Below are positions 52,270-62,759 of a DNA stretch of 64,000 bases, one piece after another. The DNA lies in contig JARFYF010000022.1 of NCBI GenBank assembly GCA_030265395.1, positions 38,630,484 through 38,694,483 of the forward strand. The letters are read 5' to 3'. Position numbers and translations under genes: made by a program. How positions within the stretch are numbered: the stretch's first letter is position 1; each line of letters starts with the position of its first letter. Source of the DNA: Rhina ancylostomus. Taxonomy: Eukaryota. Under the pieces are notes generated by a model, which made no database searches, had not been told where the DNA came from, and saw nothing but the letters and a program-made list of their open reading frames with translations.

Positions 52270-53633
52270 GTATTCACAAACTTCTTAAGTATGGAGTGTG
52301 CTCATTTGTCTACTTCCTACTCCTTCAAAACCTGAAATACTGAAAAGGTTCAACAGCATCCCTAGCATTTCACAGTGAGCAGTTGTTGGAAAGACATACT
52401 GGAAAGACAGAACTTGCTGTATGTCACAGTGGATAAAAACAACGCTGGTACAGTTACTGGTGTCAAAACTGGAAGGTCCTTGGCTGCCATTGCTGATTGT
52501 AATTGGGACAATAGAGAGGATATCATGGGCCTTGACATTGATGCCCCAAGCTATTGTTCCTGGATCACTCTTGATCATACTAGCTAATATCTGATACTTT
52601 TGAGTGAATTCAGCAACTTGAGCAAGGCAGGGAAGAGTTGTGTCAAAAACAAAATGCACAATCTCCTGTGGAATTTCCCTGGTGTTGGCAGTATTTTGTA
52701 CTTACCAAAAAAAAATTGTTCCGCCTTGACATTCTCAGGCTTGAATATGTTTTAAGTCCAGAGCATTAGTGGCCTTTTGGTGAATTAAGTGCTCTGTCGA
52801 GAGTTTATGTAGAATCTCTGAAGCGTTTACACTCCTCAAGCCCTCTGTAGATTTACTTGGACTGGAATGACTCAGACTTCACCTCAAACCTGTACTGATT
52901 GAGCTGATTTTAGAGGAGACAAAGCTAAAGACTTGTTTGAGTGCAAAAACAATATTTGCTATAATTGATCTCAACACTGGATTATAGTGGAAGTCCAGTT
53001 ACTGCTGCTTGTCACCATCTGTTGACACCAGCTGGAAAGTTATATGCTTGGATATCAGGTGATAAATGAGTTCATCTGTGCTATTCCCTACTGTGAAATA
53101 GCTTGTTGCCACTCAAACATGAAGGATGAACACCTTAGTTACAGAGAACCTGAGCACACTTTGCACAGAAGCGAGAGGATTTAGGTGCTGACCATTGTCA
53201 CTGAATGGTCTGCATGACATTTCCAACTGTCACGTGAATGTGGTATTTGCCTGTTAATGTTGGGCGAGTGTTCATTTCTCAGTGACATGGTCCCTGGGTG
53301 CTGATTATCTCTGAATGAGGCTGCCATCACTGGATGCTGCTTTACACCGGGGACAGATGAGGGGGGAGGGCTGACACTGGTTGTCGCTTTATGCTCAGGG
53401 GAGGGGGGGTACTGTAATTGGGTATTTTCCTCTGATGGTGTGGGTTGTCTCTGGGTATAACGTTACTCTGGGGTCTTTGTTTTAACATACAGATTGCCGT
53501 TTACCTCTGGGGCTGATAACCATCACTATGTGCTGTTTGGTTATGGTTGGCATACCTTGCCTTCAAGGAAAGTTTGCAGCTGGGTGCCGGAGCATTTCTG
53601 AACAACTAATCAGAGTTTGGATCTCTCCCACAG

Positions 53634-53761
53634 AATTGGAGAAAGCTAAAGAAGAGGAGAAGGAATCGGATGATTCTTCTTTCAGAAGGTCCGGTACAAG
53701 AGACCGGAGACGGCCGAGGGGGAAACGAAGATCAACAGGTGTGCATTCCCTATCACAAGAT
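53634..53761 (+). CDS. PPP1R12C: Coding exon, 128 bp, phase 1-0: LEKAKEEEKESDDSSFRRSGTRDRRRPRGKRRSTGVHSLSQD
   Basis: Acceptor ccacag|aa, donor gat|gtaagt; matches MYPT1 RERRRPREKRRSTGVSFWTQD (T853 site). Confidence 0.95.
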
Positions 53762-54152
53762 GTAAGTATTCTGGTTACTCAAGGGAACTGTAGATCAAGT
53801 CAGCTACCCTGCTCAAAGGCAGGGTTTCTCCAACAGAACCATGGCCAATAATCGAAAGTCACTTATGCCGAAATCAAGCTTACTTTTATTTTATACTTGA
53901 TGTGCTAAATATTTCCATACATTAATTTCATTGTTATCTGTGGAGCTGACTGTGACTTGTTCTGAGCATGAGAATGTTAAGCTGAATTAACAGAAGTAGA
54001 GAAATGGTCAGGAAAGCAGGTGGTGGCAAGGGACAGAAAATGAATACCCAGCATGTTTGAACTAAGAGTCGATAGGCAGAATACTCTGGTGATTGTTGTG
54101 TGGAGAGTGGCAAATTCTTTTGGTACATCTACATTTTCCTATGAATGTTGTG

Positions 54153-54252
54153 NNNNNNNNNNNNNNNNNNNNNNNNNNNNNNNNNNNNNNNNNNNNNNNN
54201 NNNNNNNNNNNNNNNNNNNNNNNNNNNNNNNNNNNNNNNNNNNNNNNNNNNN
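54153..54252. other. Assembly gap (exactly 100 N); other 100-N gaps at 4888-4987, 38613-38712 and 51730-51829, and a 219-N gap at 521-739
   Basis: N runs in the sequence; round 100-N runs usually mark gaps of unknown size. Confidence 0.95.
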
Positions 54253-54905
54253 CACCCCAGTCGTTCATTCGACTCTTGGACTTCAAACAAGTGTCTCGTG
54301 TCTTTATTCAGTGTAGCTAGCCACTACAACACATCCTTTTATGTTGCAGCTCAATTTTCCTGGAATTCGCATATATTACATTACCTGGTGAACCTTTTTT
54401 TCTATTTCTATGACATCACTTATAGTTGATCTAGATATTTTCTACCTCTTTCTGCATTTTCTAATTGGTGAGATCAATTGGGATGTCAATCGATTCAGGG
54501 GTGCTGGCAATGTCCTTTAAGTAATGATTATTCAGAAAAAATAGTAAATAGTTGAGCAATACTGATTTGATAGAGCTGAAGCATAAAACAGTTTATAGTT
54601 TTGTCTCTCATATTTGTGTTCCAGTGAATGTCATAAAAATTATTCATCATGAAGTGTTGCAACGATATATTAAACAACAGCATACACATAGTGCAAGATT
54701 TAAGTCTGTAAGTGTTTTATCTTAGGAATCTTTTTGAAAAAGGATCTTTTGATGTTCAGATTTATGGTTGAAGACGAAATGAGCAATAATAAGAGGTCCC
54801 TGAAATTTGTTTTTGATTTATTTTGCCTAATTTACTGAATACTCAAATAGAAATTGGCTGTCTTGTCTCATGGTTTAACTAAAATGTTCACATTATTTTC
54901 AGCAG

Positions 54906-55070
54906 AATACTGAACATATAAGCCAATTGTACACAAAACTGTTCCAGGAGGCTGAGAAAATCAAGAGGTGGAAATTATTCATGGATAATGAACTTTGGCA
55001 GAAGGATAAGAAATTACAAGAAAATAAACAAACTATTGAAGTTCAGCGTAAAGCAATACAAGAGCAACAA
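54906..55070 (+). other. SYCP1: Isolated SYCP1-derived exon, 165 bp, phase 0-0, open: NTEHISQLYTKLFQEAEKIKRWKLFMDNELWQKDKKLQENKQTIEVQRKAIQEQQ
   Basis: Ungapped match to the conserved SYCP1 N-terminal helix (recalled human NSEGLSRVYSKLYKEAEKIKKWKVSTEAELRQKESKLQENRKIIEAQRKAIQELQ; about 33/55 identical by hand). Acceptor ttttcag|cag|aat (NAGNAG; alternative start 54903), donor caa|gtaagt. Whether it is functional or pseudogenic is unresolved. Confidence 0.88.
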
Positions 55071-55211
55071 GTAAGTGTGAATCATTATATAACTTTCTTT
55101 CACAATGGTATTGTTTCCTCAAAATGAGTGCAATGTTATAAAGCTAATGTGGATGCTTGAAATTTGAATTAAAGTAGAAAATGCTGGAAATGATTATCAA
55201 GTCAGGCAATA

Positions 55212-55505
55212 GCATGGTAGCATAGCAGTTAGCATGACGCTATTACAGTGCCAGCGACCCGGGTTTAATTCCTGACGCTGCCTCTAAGGAGTTTGTACGT
55301 TCTTCCTGTGTGGCTGCATGGGTTTCCTCTGGGTGCTCCAGTTTACTCCCATATTCCAAAGACATATGGGTTAGGAATTTGTGGGCATGCTATGTTGGTG
55401 CCAGAAACATGGTGACACTTATGGGCTGCCCCCAGAACACTACCCAAAAGATGCATTTCACTGTGTGTTTTGATGTACATGTGACTATTAAAGATATCTT
55501 ATCTC
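55212..55505 (+). mobile_element. tRNA-derived V-SINE-like element nested in a Penelope-like terminal repeat
   Basis: A/B-box-like head (ggtagcatagcagttagc...cccgggtttaattcc), V domain (ggagtttgtacgttct...gggtttcctctgggtgctccagttt..tccca..ttccaaagac) and tail gatgtacatgtgactattaaagatatctt. The host repeat resumes at about 55506 (cctgtggagtgtgaaacaga). Confidence 0.8.
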
Positions 55506-55629
55506 TACCTGTGGAGTGTGAAACAGATAATGCTTCAGGTATTTGACCTTTCACACTAGTCACTGAAAGTAAACATGCAAGAAAAACAAGCAGTTAAGAA
55601 GGCAAATGGAACAGATTCACCATTCTAAT

Positions 55630-56160
55630 TCCTGGAATGGCAGGACAGTTGTATGAGTAGAAATTGGGGCAGCTAGGCCTATATTCACTTGAGCTATAAA
55701 GAGTGGAGGGTTCTCATTGAAACATACAGATTTCTGACAGGGCTGAACAGATTGGATGTGAAGAAGATCTTTCCATGGGCTGCTCCCAGAACTACACAAG
55801 AAGATGCATTTCTCTATGAGTTTTGATGTACATGTGACTAATGAAGAAATCTATCTTGGGAGTTACAACAAGGGGTCATAATCTCTGGATACAAGCTGAG
55901 ACATTTAGGACAGAGATGAGGAAAAATTTCTTCACTATGCGATTGGTGAGCCTGAAGAATTCTCTACAACAGAATATGCTTGTGGTCAAGTCCTAGAATA
56001 TATTTCAGAAGGAGTTGGATAGATTTCTATACACAAAAGGCATCAAGGGATATGGGGAGAGAGCAGGAATATACTGTATACAATTGACATAGAGGATCGG
56101 TCATGATTGTATTGAATGGTGGAGGAGGCTTGACCCGCTGAATACTCCAATTTTCTGTGT
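55630..56160 (+). mobile_element. CR1 LINE 3' end containing a truncated copy of the SINE tail (about 55776-55858)
   Basis: ctcattgaaacatacaga..tctgacagggctgaacag, gagatgaggaaaaatttcttcact and gcatcaagggatatgggga motifs; the inserted segment repeats 55423-55505. Confidence 0.7.
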
Positions 56161-56619
56161 TTTCAGAACTGAAAATAGTTAGATAAATAAGTTTTACAAT
56201 GCATTTGACAAGTGAGAAGGGAGGTGGAAGAAAATGTCTGGGAGAAGTTGGAAGGCAGGAGAGATTAAATGATAGCACAAGGTGATACTGCAAGTCACAA
56301 AAGTAGTTGAAAATGTAAAATAATAATTTGAATTACTGAAGAAATTTGGAAGAAATGGTGGAAATCCAGAATAAAACTGCAATAATAAATTACTAGTCAT
56401 CTGAATTTTTAAATCTCATTGTCAAATTTGGAATTCTGTGATGTACATTATTAGAAGATAGACTGTCCAGTTTCTTACACTTTTCATTGGGTTTCAATGC
56501 AGCCTCAAGGGGCCATACCTAATTTGATTAGGGATTAGGTACATTATAGTGTTCTGGACTCAACAATGGGTTCAGCAATTTGAGGTAAATTGTAATTGCA
56601 GCCTTTGTAGCCCGGAACT

Positions 56620-57360
56620 CATGAAGTGATACACTTGGAAGATCAAATTTGAAGGCAAAATGCAAGGTTAATGGCAGGACTCTTAGCAGTGTGGAGGAAC
56701 AGAGGGGTCTTGGGGTCCACATCCATGGATCCCTCAAGGTTTCTGCTCAGGTTAAAAGGGTTGTTAAGAAGGTGTTTGGTGTGTTGGCTCATTAGTCAGG
56801 GTATTGAGTTCAAGAGTCATGAGGTAATGTTGCAGCTCTATAGAACTCTGGTTCGACCACGCAGAGTATTGTGTTCAGTTCTGGTGGCCCCATTATAGGA
56901 AGGATGTGGAGGCTTTGGAGAGGGTGCAGAGAACATTTACCAGGATGCTGCCTGGATTGGAGAGTATGTCTTATGAAGATAGGTTGAGTGAGCTAGAGCT
57001 TTTCTCTTTGGAGCGGAGGAGGATGACTGGTGACAAGATAAGAGGCATAGATAGAGTGGACAGCCAGAGACTTTTTCTCCCAGGGCTGAAATGGCTAACA
57101 CGAGGGGGCATGATTGTAAGGTGATTGGAGGAAGGTGCAGTGGATATCGAGGTAAGTTTTTCTTTTATACACAGAGAGTGGTGGGTGCATGGAACGTGCT
57201 GCCAGGGGTGCTGGTAGAGGCAGATACTGTACATCAGGGATATTTAAGATCGAAAAATGGAGGGGTATGTGGGAAGGAATGGATAGATTAATCTTAGAAG
57301 TAGGTTAAAAGGCTGGCACATCATCATGGGCTGAAGGGCCTGTTACGTGCTGTAATGTTT
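56620..57360 (+). mobile_element. CR1 LINE 3' end, relatively young
   Basis: Translates to VEEQRGLGVHIHGSLKV, GIEFKSHEVMLQLYRTLVRP and ALERVQRTFTRMLPGLESMSYEDRLSELELFSLERRRM; tail gggctgaagggcctgtt. Confidence 0.88.
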
Positions 57361-58904
57361 AACTAGCACCACCAAACTTAAGTTTGGTCATTTTTTTTTT
57401 CCAATTTATACGCAAATTATCTGACATACTTGCCTAACAACAGTGACCATTTCTAAGGTAATTCACTGATTGTGAAGTATTTTGAGCCAACCTGAGGTAT
57501 TTTACAAATGTTTTTATCTGTTGATCTTTACCTAAAGAGCCTAGTATCACCTAAAATTCCTGGCCTTGGTCTTGCTGTTGGTTAGCCCAGAACTGCAGTT
57601 CAGTTGCATAAAGACAAGTTCAGCTGCCAAATATTATCCAGGACTACATCAAAAGAAACTGTGTAGCTGCAGTGTAGTCAGCTCTCATTCAGAATCGATT
57701 GAAAGAAATCTACAAATTTCCAAAGCTAATGTTTATAAGCTAAGGTAATGTTTCTATTGAATTCCTTTTGTTTTTTTAAAAGAAGCCACTTTGTACATAA
57801 TTGAGAAGGAAATGTTATTTGAAACCTGACAAACATCATTTACTGATGTATGCTTTTGTTTAAGTTTAAGTTGAACACAAGCAAATGTCCAATTTTATCC
57901 AAATTGAGTATGTCCCATTCCTGCCAGGATATCTTATTGCTAATCCCTTTTAGTTTACAATTTAGGAAGGGAAGTTTGACTAATCCATCCCTGGAGATTA
58001 ACTGAACTTTGTAAAGCTGCACTCTCAAGCATGCACTGGACATTTTACTTATTGAAGGTTTTTGTACCTGTTGACAACCATCTTGAAGCTCAGGACTAAT
58101 TCTGATCATATTTAGCAATTTTACTGTATTCATGTTGGACAAGTACATTCATCATGTCACAGCAAACAAATACAGTCTGAGCAGTCTGAGGTTCTTTTCG
58201 GGAAAGACGAGTGGGGCTTCATGGGTGACTCTTTAATGGATAATAGGGTAGGTGTGAAGAAGGTATTAAAACTTACAAGAGAATCACTAATAAATTGAGT
58301 TGGAATTCAAGGCAAAACTGGTAGTAAGAATGTGGAATGCGCCATTGTAAAGAGTACATGAGGAAAACAACATGGACACATGCAAGGCTGAAAGACCATT
58401 AGCACCCGAGGGAGAAGGAACCTAAGAGCACACTAATAGGATTAGATGAAATAGATTGTGAGAATGAATGAACTCCTATAAAGCATCAATACAACAGGGA
58501 CCAAACAGTTTCTTAACTGTAGATTCAATGTTATTATAAAAGTCAGAATGCAGCTAACAATTCCATCAGCAGTACTTTAAATGTCTCACTAGTGTTCCAG
58601 CAGTCTTACCAAATATTCTTCAGTCATTTCTGTTCAAAGTTAGTTTAACACAGTCAACTTTGTCTCTCAGTAGTGGAGCACTTTCACTTCTAGCTGCACA
58701 ATCAGTTTATTCGTTTTTTTAATATGTAAATTCAAAAGAATAAACATTGCCTGGACGGATGGGATTAAGTGACAGGTCTGTGCTTGTGCACCATGTATCT
58801 GAATCTCTGAAGCAGTCAACGTGTAACAGAGTTCTGGAGTTTGGACGTGGATTGTATCCTTGTTCTGGAATGTTCCTCTGTTAATACAACTTTTCTTTTT
58901 CCAG

Positions 58905-58964
58905 GATGAGAATGACCAGGATCAGTCAGATAGTGAAGATGTGGTGGGATCGCAGAAGAAACAG
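58905..58964 (+). CDS. PPP1R12C: Coding exon, 60 bp, phase 0-0: DENDQDQSDSEDVVGSQKKQ
   Basis: Acceptor ttttcttttt ccag|gat, donor cag|gtatgg; matches MYPT1 SDENEQEQQSDTEEGSNKKETQ. Confidence 0.92.
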
Positions 58965-59009
58965 GTATGGATCATGGCTGCCAAGTTCTGTAATGCAAGT
59001 CCAATATAG

Positions 59010-60010
59010 CCCATGAAGTAAAAGCAGAATGTGACAGCAATACTGAGCAGATCAGCCAGCATCTGTAAGTAGGAAAACTGTTGAAGTTTCAGTTTGATGA
59101 CTTTTTGCATCAGAATTTGGAATGGTAAAGGGACAATAAGAATTACGATATAGAAAAGAGATGCAAGGCAAGAGAGGATGATAATGGGATGGGGGGGGAA
59201 AAGGGTCAGTCTGAGAAGAAACTGAATCTGAAATTAACAAAGGACAACAATGTGGATGCTAGAAACCTGAAATGAAAACAGAAAATATTGGTTATGCTTA
59301 TTATCAGATATCATTGAAATAGATGTTGAATCCAGAAACTCATATTGTGTCTGGTCGTAAGATGAAGTGCTGTTCCTTGACCTCGCATTGAGCTTCTTTG
59401 GAATGATACAGGGGAGGAAAAATAGGCTGGCCAAAGTAGCATTAGGATAGTGATTTAGGTGTCAGGAAATCAGAACTCAGGGCCACACTTGTGTGCTGAA
59501 TGGAGATAGCCCACAAGATGATCACCTGATCTGTGTTTGGCCTTTTTGCAAAGGAGACCTAATTGAGACCCCTGAATGCAGAATTGAAAATAGCAGAAAT
59601 AAGTTCATCCAAAATTAGTTTGGAGCCAAGAATGGGGGAAAGGGAATATGAAGTGGAAGAAGTGTTGTTGGACAAGGAAGAATTGGAGTGGTGGAAGATG
59701 TGTTTGGTGGCGGATCACATTAGAAGCTTCAGAAACTGCAGCCATTTATACTCTGAATATTGAGACTGTCTAGGTAGAAGAATAGGAGGTGAACAAATGA
59801 GAATGAAAGAGTGGGAAATGGAATGGATACTGTTAAATAATCTGCTAGCTGTGATCTGGGCTCATTTGAGGGAAAAGAAGTTGTATTTGGAAAAACTGGT
59901 GTGGAAGATGACCTTGTCAGACCAGTTGCAATGAAGACACAGGAACTGAGAGAATGGCACAGTCCTTACAGTCAATAGAGCGCGAGGACAATCTGGAGAA
60001 GTCTACATGA
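59010..60010 (-). mobile_element. Decayed Penelope-like element (terminal repeats plus GIY-YIG/RT remnant)
   Basis: Terminal repeat at 59020-59115. Reverse complement of about 59497-59545 reads KAKHRSGDHLVGYLHS, a decayed ETKRRLGDRFAEHLRS GIY-YIG motif. Confidence 0.55.
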
Positions 60011-60073
60011 CAGGTTATGAGTGGATTGTGGTTGATTTTGTTCTTATTACTTCTGTTCCTTTTTTTTTTGCAG

Positions 60074-60090
60074 ACTGATAATCTGTCAAG
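60074..60090 (+). CDS. PPP1R12C: 17-bp microexon, phase 0-2: TDNLS(R/S)
   Basis: Long poly-T tract then gcag|act, donor ag|gtaagg; corresponds to MYPT1 TDSISR and is required for frame. Confidence 0.9.
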
Positions 60091-61724
60091 GTAAGGAGTC
60101 CATTTATCATTCCTGTGATGGCCACGATTGATTTTGTTCTCACTTAACAACACTGGATATTCTTTTAGCAGGGGTCACCGGCTGATTTTCCCTTCCTAAA
60201 TTCAGGTGGATCAAGGCTAACCATTGAATCCCTGCTGCTGCCCTGGGTGAGACCCACTAACTAGACACAGAAGCTGAATTAAACATGGGGTGGTGGTGGG
60301 GAGCTTGGGTATGGGTGATCTCATGTAGTCTTGGTCATTGTTATTTTGGTAGATTCTTTTCCACTAAACAAGCTGACAAGCGACAAGCTGAACTGTGCAT
60401 TTGACTAATGGTGGCCTTCTGGAAACTTGTGATGGTGATTGAGTCTGTTAACAATCAGGGAAATTGTAATAACGCCCAGTGAAAGAAGGGGCCCTCATCA
60501 TTTCCTAAATGGTGAGTGTTATCCTCTGGCTAGACCCTGGTGGGAGGTATTGGCCACCTGTATCCTTAGTGCACTGATCTTTATAGTAGAACTGCAGAAT
60601 ATTTGAACTAACAAGTATATTAAAATAGTGAATGGAAAGAGCAGTCAAGTCCAGTAAATATCACTTGCACTTCCTTAGCCGATTATCTCCAGCACATGAT
60701 TTGCAGCTCAGATGTGATAATGCATTTTGATAAAATATGGTGGTATTTCCAAATGCTGAGCTTACAGGAAATATATAATGTTTTCAAGTTGCAAGTGAAA
60801 ATTGAATGTCTCATACTTGAGCCATCTTTAATTTGTCTGCTCAGGATCAGGTTGGGGGATATCAGCATCTTGCTTCATACCTGCACACCGCTGGCAAAGC
60901 CTCTGTGAAAACTGGGTTGAGAGAATGTATCTTTTAAAAATTGTAGATTTATTCCTCTCAAGTCATTTAACATGATGCAGTATTTCTAAGTCACACCATG
61001 TTTACCCAATTTCCACCCCTTGCACAGAATGAAATGGCTTCTAACACTGTCACTGTCATTTTTTTCCATTGTGATAAAGGTAATCTATCCCCTTCATTCT
61101 TATTGTTTCATGTACAGTCTCAGACAAGGTTAACCAATCCATCTTTCTCCATTATCTCTTCATCTCAGCAACTGTGGCCACTACCGTTTATTCCTGTTTT
61201 TATTTTGTTATGGCTGGTGATCCCCAAGGATCTATACATGGCCCTTTCTGCATCCAATCTAGATGCTGCCTCTTGGTAATTCATCTAAGAATATAACGTT
61301 AGTTTCTGCTACTTGACTGACATTGAAAAATAGATGAGCAGAAATTTCCTCCAACTAGATATTGAGCGTCTTATCATTAACTTCAATCCCCACTCACTGA
61401 TACCATCCTATTTGTGGACATAGTCTGAAATTAACCATATTGTTCCCAATCTTGGTGTTACATTTGACTCGTGATCCAGCTCCTGACCAAATATCTGCAC
61501 TATTGCTCCCTGCTTCCACCTCCATAATGTGGTTTAACTCCACCACTGCCTCAGCTCACCTGCTGCTGAAAATCTCTTCTGGGCTTTTGTTCTCCAGATG
61601 ATTCCTGGACTTCCAGCCAGCCTACCTCTTTCCTAGGCTCCTTCCCTTTGTTCTTCCTCATTCCTGGACTTCTCCGCTCTGGCCTTGCTCATTTCTAGAT
61701 TCTCAGCTGGCTGCTAGGATCTTA

Positions 61725-62270
61725 TCATAGAACAGTATAGCACAGCCACAGGCCCTTCGGCCCACGATGTCTGTGCTGAACATGTTAAATTAAATCTCTT
61801 CTGCCTGCACATGATCGTATTCCTCCATTCTCTGCATATTCATTTGCCTTTCTGAAAACCTTTTAAATGCCACTATCGTATCTGCTGTTAAGGGTCCTGC
61901 TATTAACTGTATACTTTCCCATTAAGTTTGACCTCCCAAAGGCAACACCTCATACTTGCCCAGATTAAACACTATCAGCCATTTCTCTGGCCACATCTGT
62001 AAATGATCTGTGTCCTACTGTATCCTTCGACAACCTCCTTCGCTATCTCCAACTCCACCAATTTTTGTGTCATCTGCAAACATACTAACCAACCCTTCTA
62101 TATTTTTGAAGTCATATATATGTCACAAACAATACAAGTCCCAGCACTGATCCCTGTGGAACATCACAGATCTCCAGCTAGAGTAACTCCTTTCCATCAC
62201 TTTCTCTTGTCTTCTATGTGCAAGCCAATTCTGAATCCACACTACCAAATCACCAAATGTCTTTGATAGC
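61725..62270 (-). mobile_element. CR1 LINE fragments with internal deletion
   Basis: Tail atagaacagtatagcacagccacaggcccttcggcccacgatgtctgtg; ttttgtgtcatctgcaaac (FADDTK reverse); cccagcactgatccctgtggaac (VPQGSVLG reverse). Confidence 0.8.
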
Positions 62271-62355
62271 ACTACAAAGATGCAACTTGAGGCATTTTTC
62301 TGCATTATTGGGTGATAAGCAATAGGAGCTGTTGTTGTCTATGTGTTGACTTTAG

Positions 62356-62488
62356 TTACAGGGAAGATACCACCACAAGAAGCCAAGGGAATCAATCAAA
62401 CAAAGGAGTGAGCTATTCGGACATGAGCCTGCGTTCTGCACGGGCTGGTCGGGCTGAGAGTGAGACTGACAGGCAAGGCTACAGAAAG
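62356..62488 (+). CDS. PPP1R12C: Coding exon, phase 2-0: YREDTTTRSQGNQSNKGVSYSDMSLRSARAGRAESETDRQGYRK (alternative in-frame acceptor at 62362)
   Basis: Tandem acceptors tttag|ttacag|g, donor aag|gtaaat; ends at the position of MYPT1 DDSTDFKK, just before the LYE coiled coil. Confidence 0.88.
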
Positions 62489-62759
62489 GTAAATTTCAAG
62501 TGGAAGATCTCCATTTAGGATGTAGGTTTAAACCCCACCTGCTTCCCTCCAACTGGCCTCTTCATCTGACTGGGGTTGAGAATCTCAGTCATCAATGCTG
62601 GCTATTCCATCATCCGTTTGAGGGGATATGGAATTTCTTTCCAAAATTCCACCTCTGCAGCCCTATTCAATTTTTCAAACCTGACTTCCTCAACATTTGT
62701 GACATTCTCCTATTAATGGATGCCCTCTATTAATTCTACCGTTTAAAGGTTCCACATTC

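Larger units (their letters stand above)
1306..62488 (+). other. PPP1R12C: Multi-exon gene (internal part): protein phosphatase 1 regulatory subunit 12 family, most likely PPP1R12C/MBS85
   Basis: 20 GT-AG exons join into one continuous frame. Family motifs: ALHVAAAKGY, DGWTPLHAASHWG, LRKTGSYG, RSASSP, RRRSYLTPVRDEE, RQSRRSTQGVTLTDLQEAEK. Motifs closer to 12C than to 12A/12B (from recalled human sequences): HPKTGASALH..EVM, RRTSISRMSSKDKIS..D.ER, EPRLARVPPTP. The family call is near certain; the paralog call needs a tree or synteny. Confidence 0.8.

Noticed and set aside
55212-55285. tRNA gene
   Set aside because: The tRNA-like head continues into a SINE body and tail, so it is a SINE rather than a tRNA.
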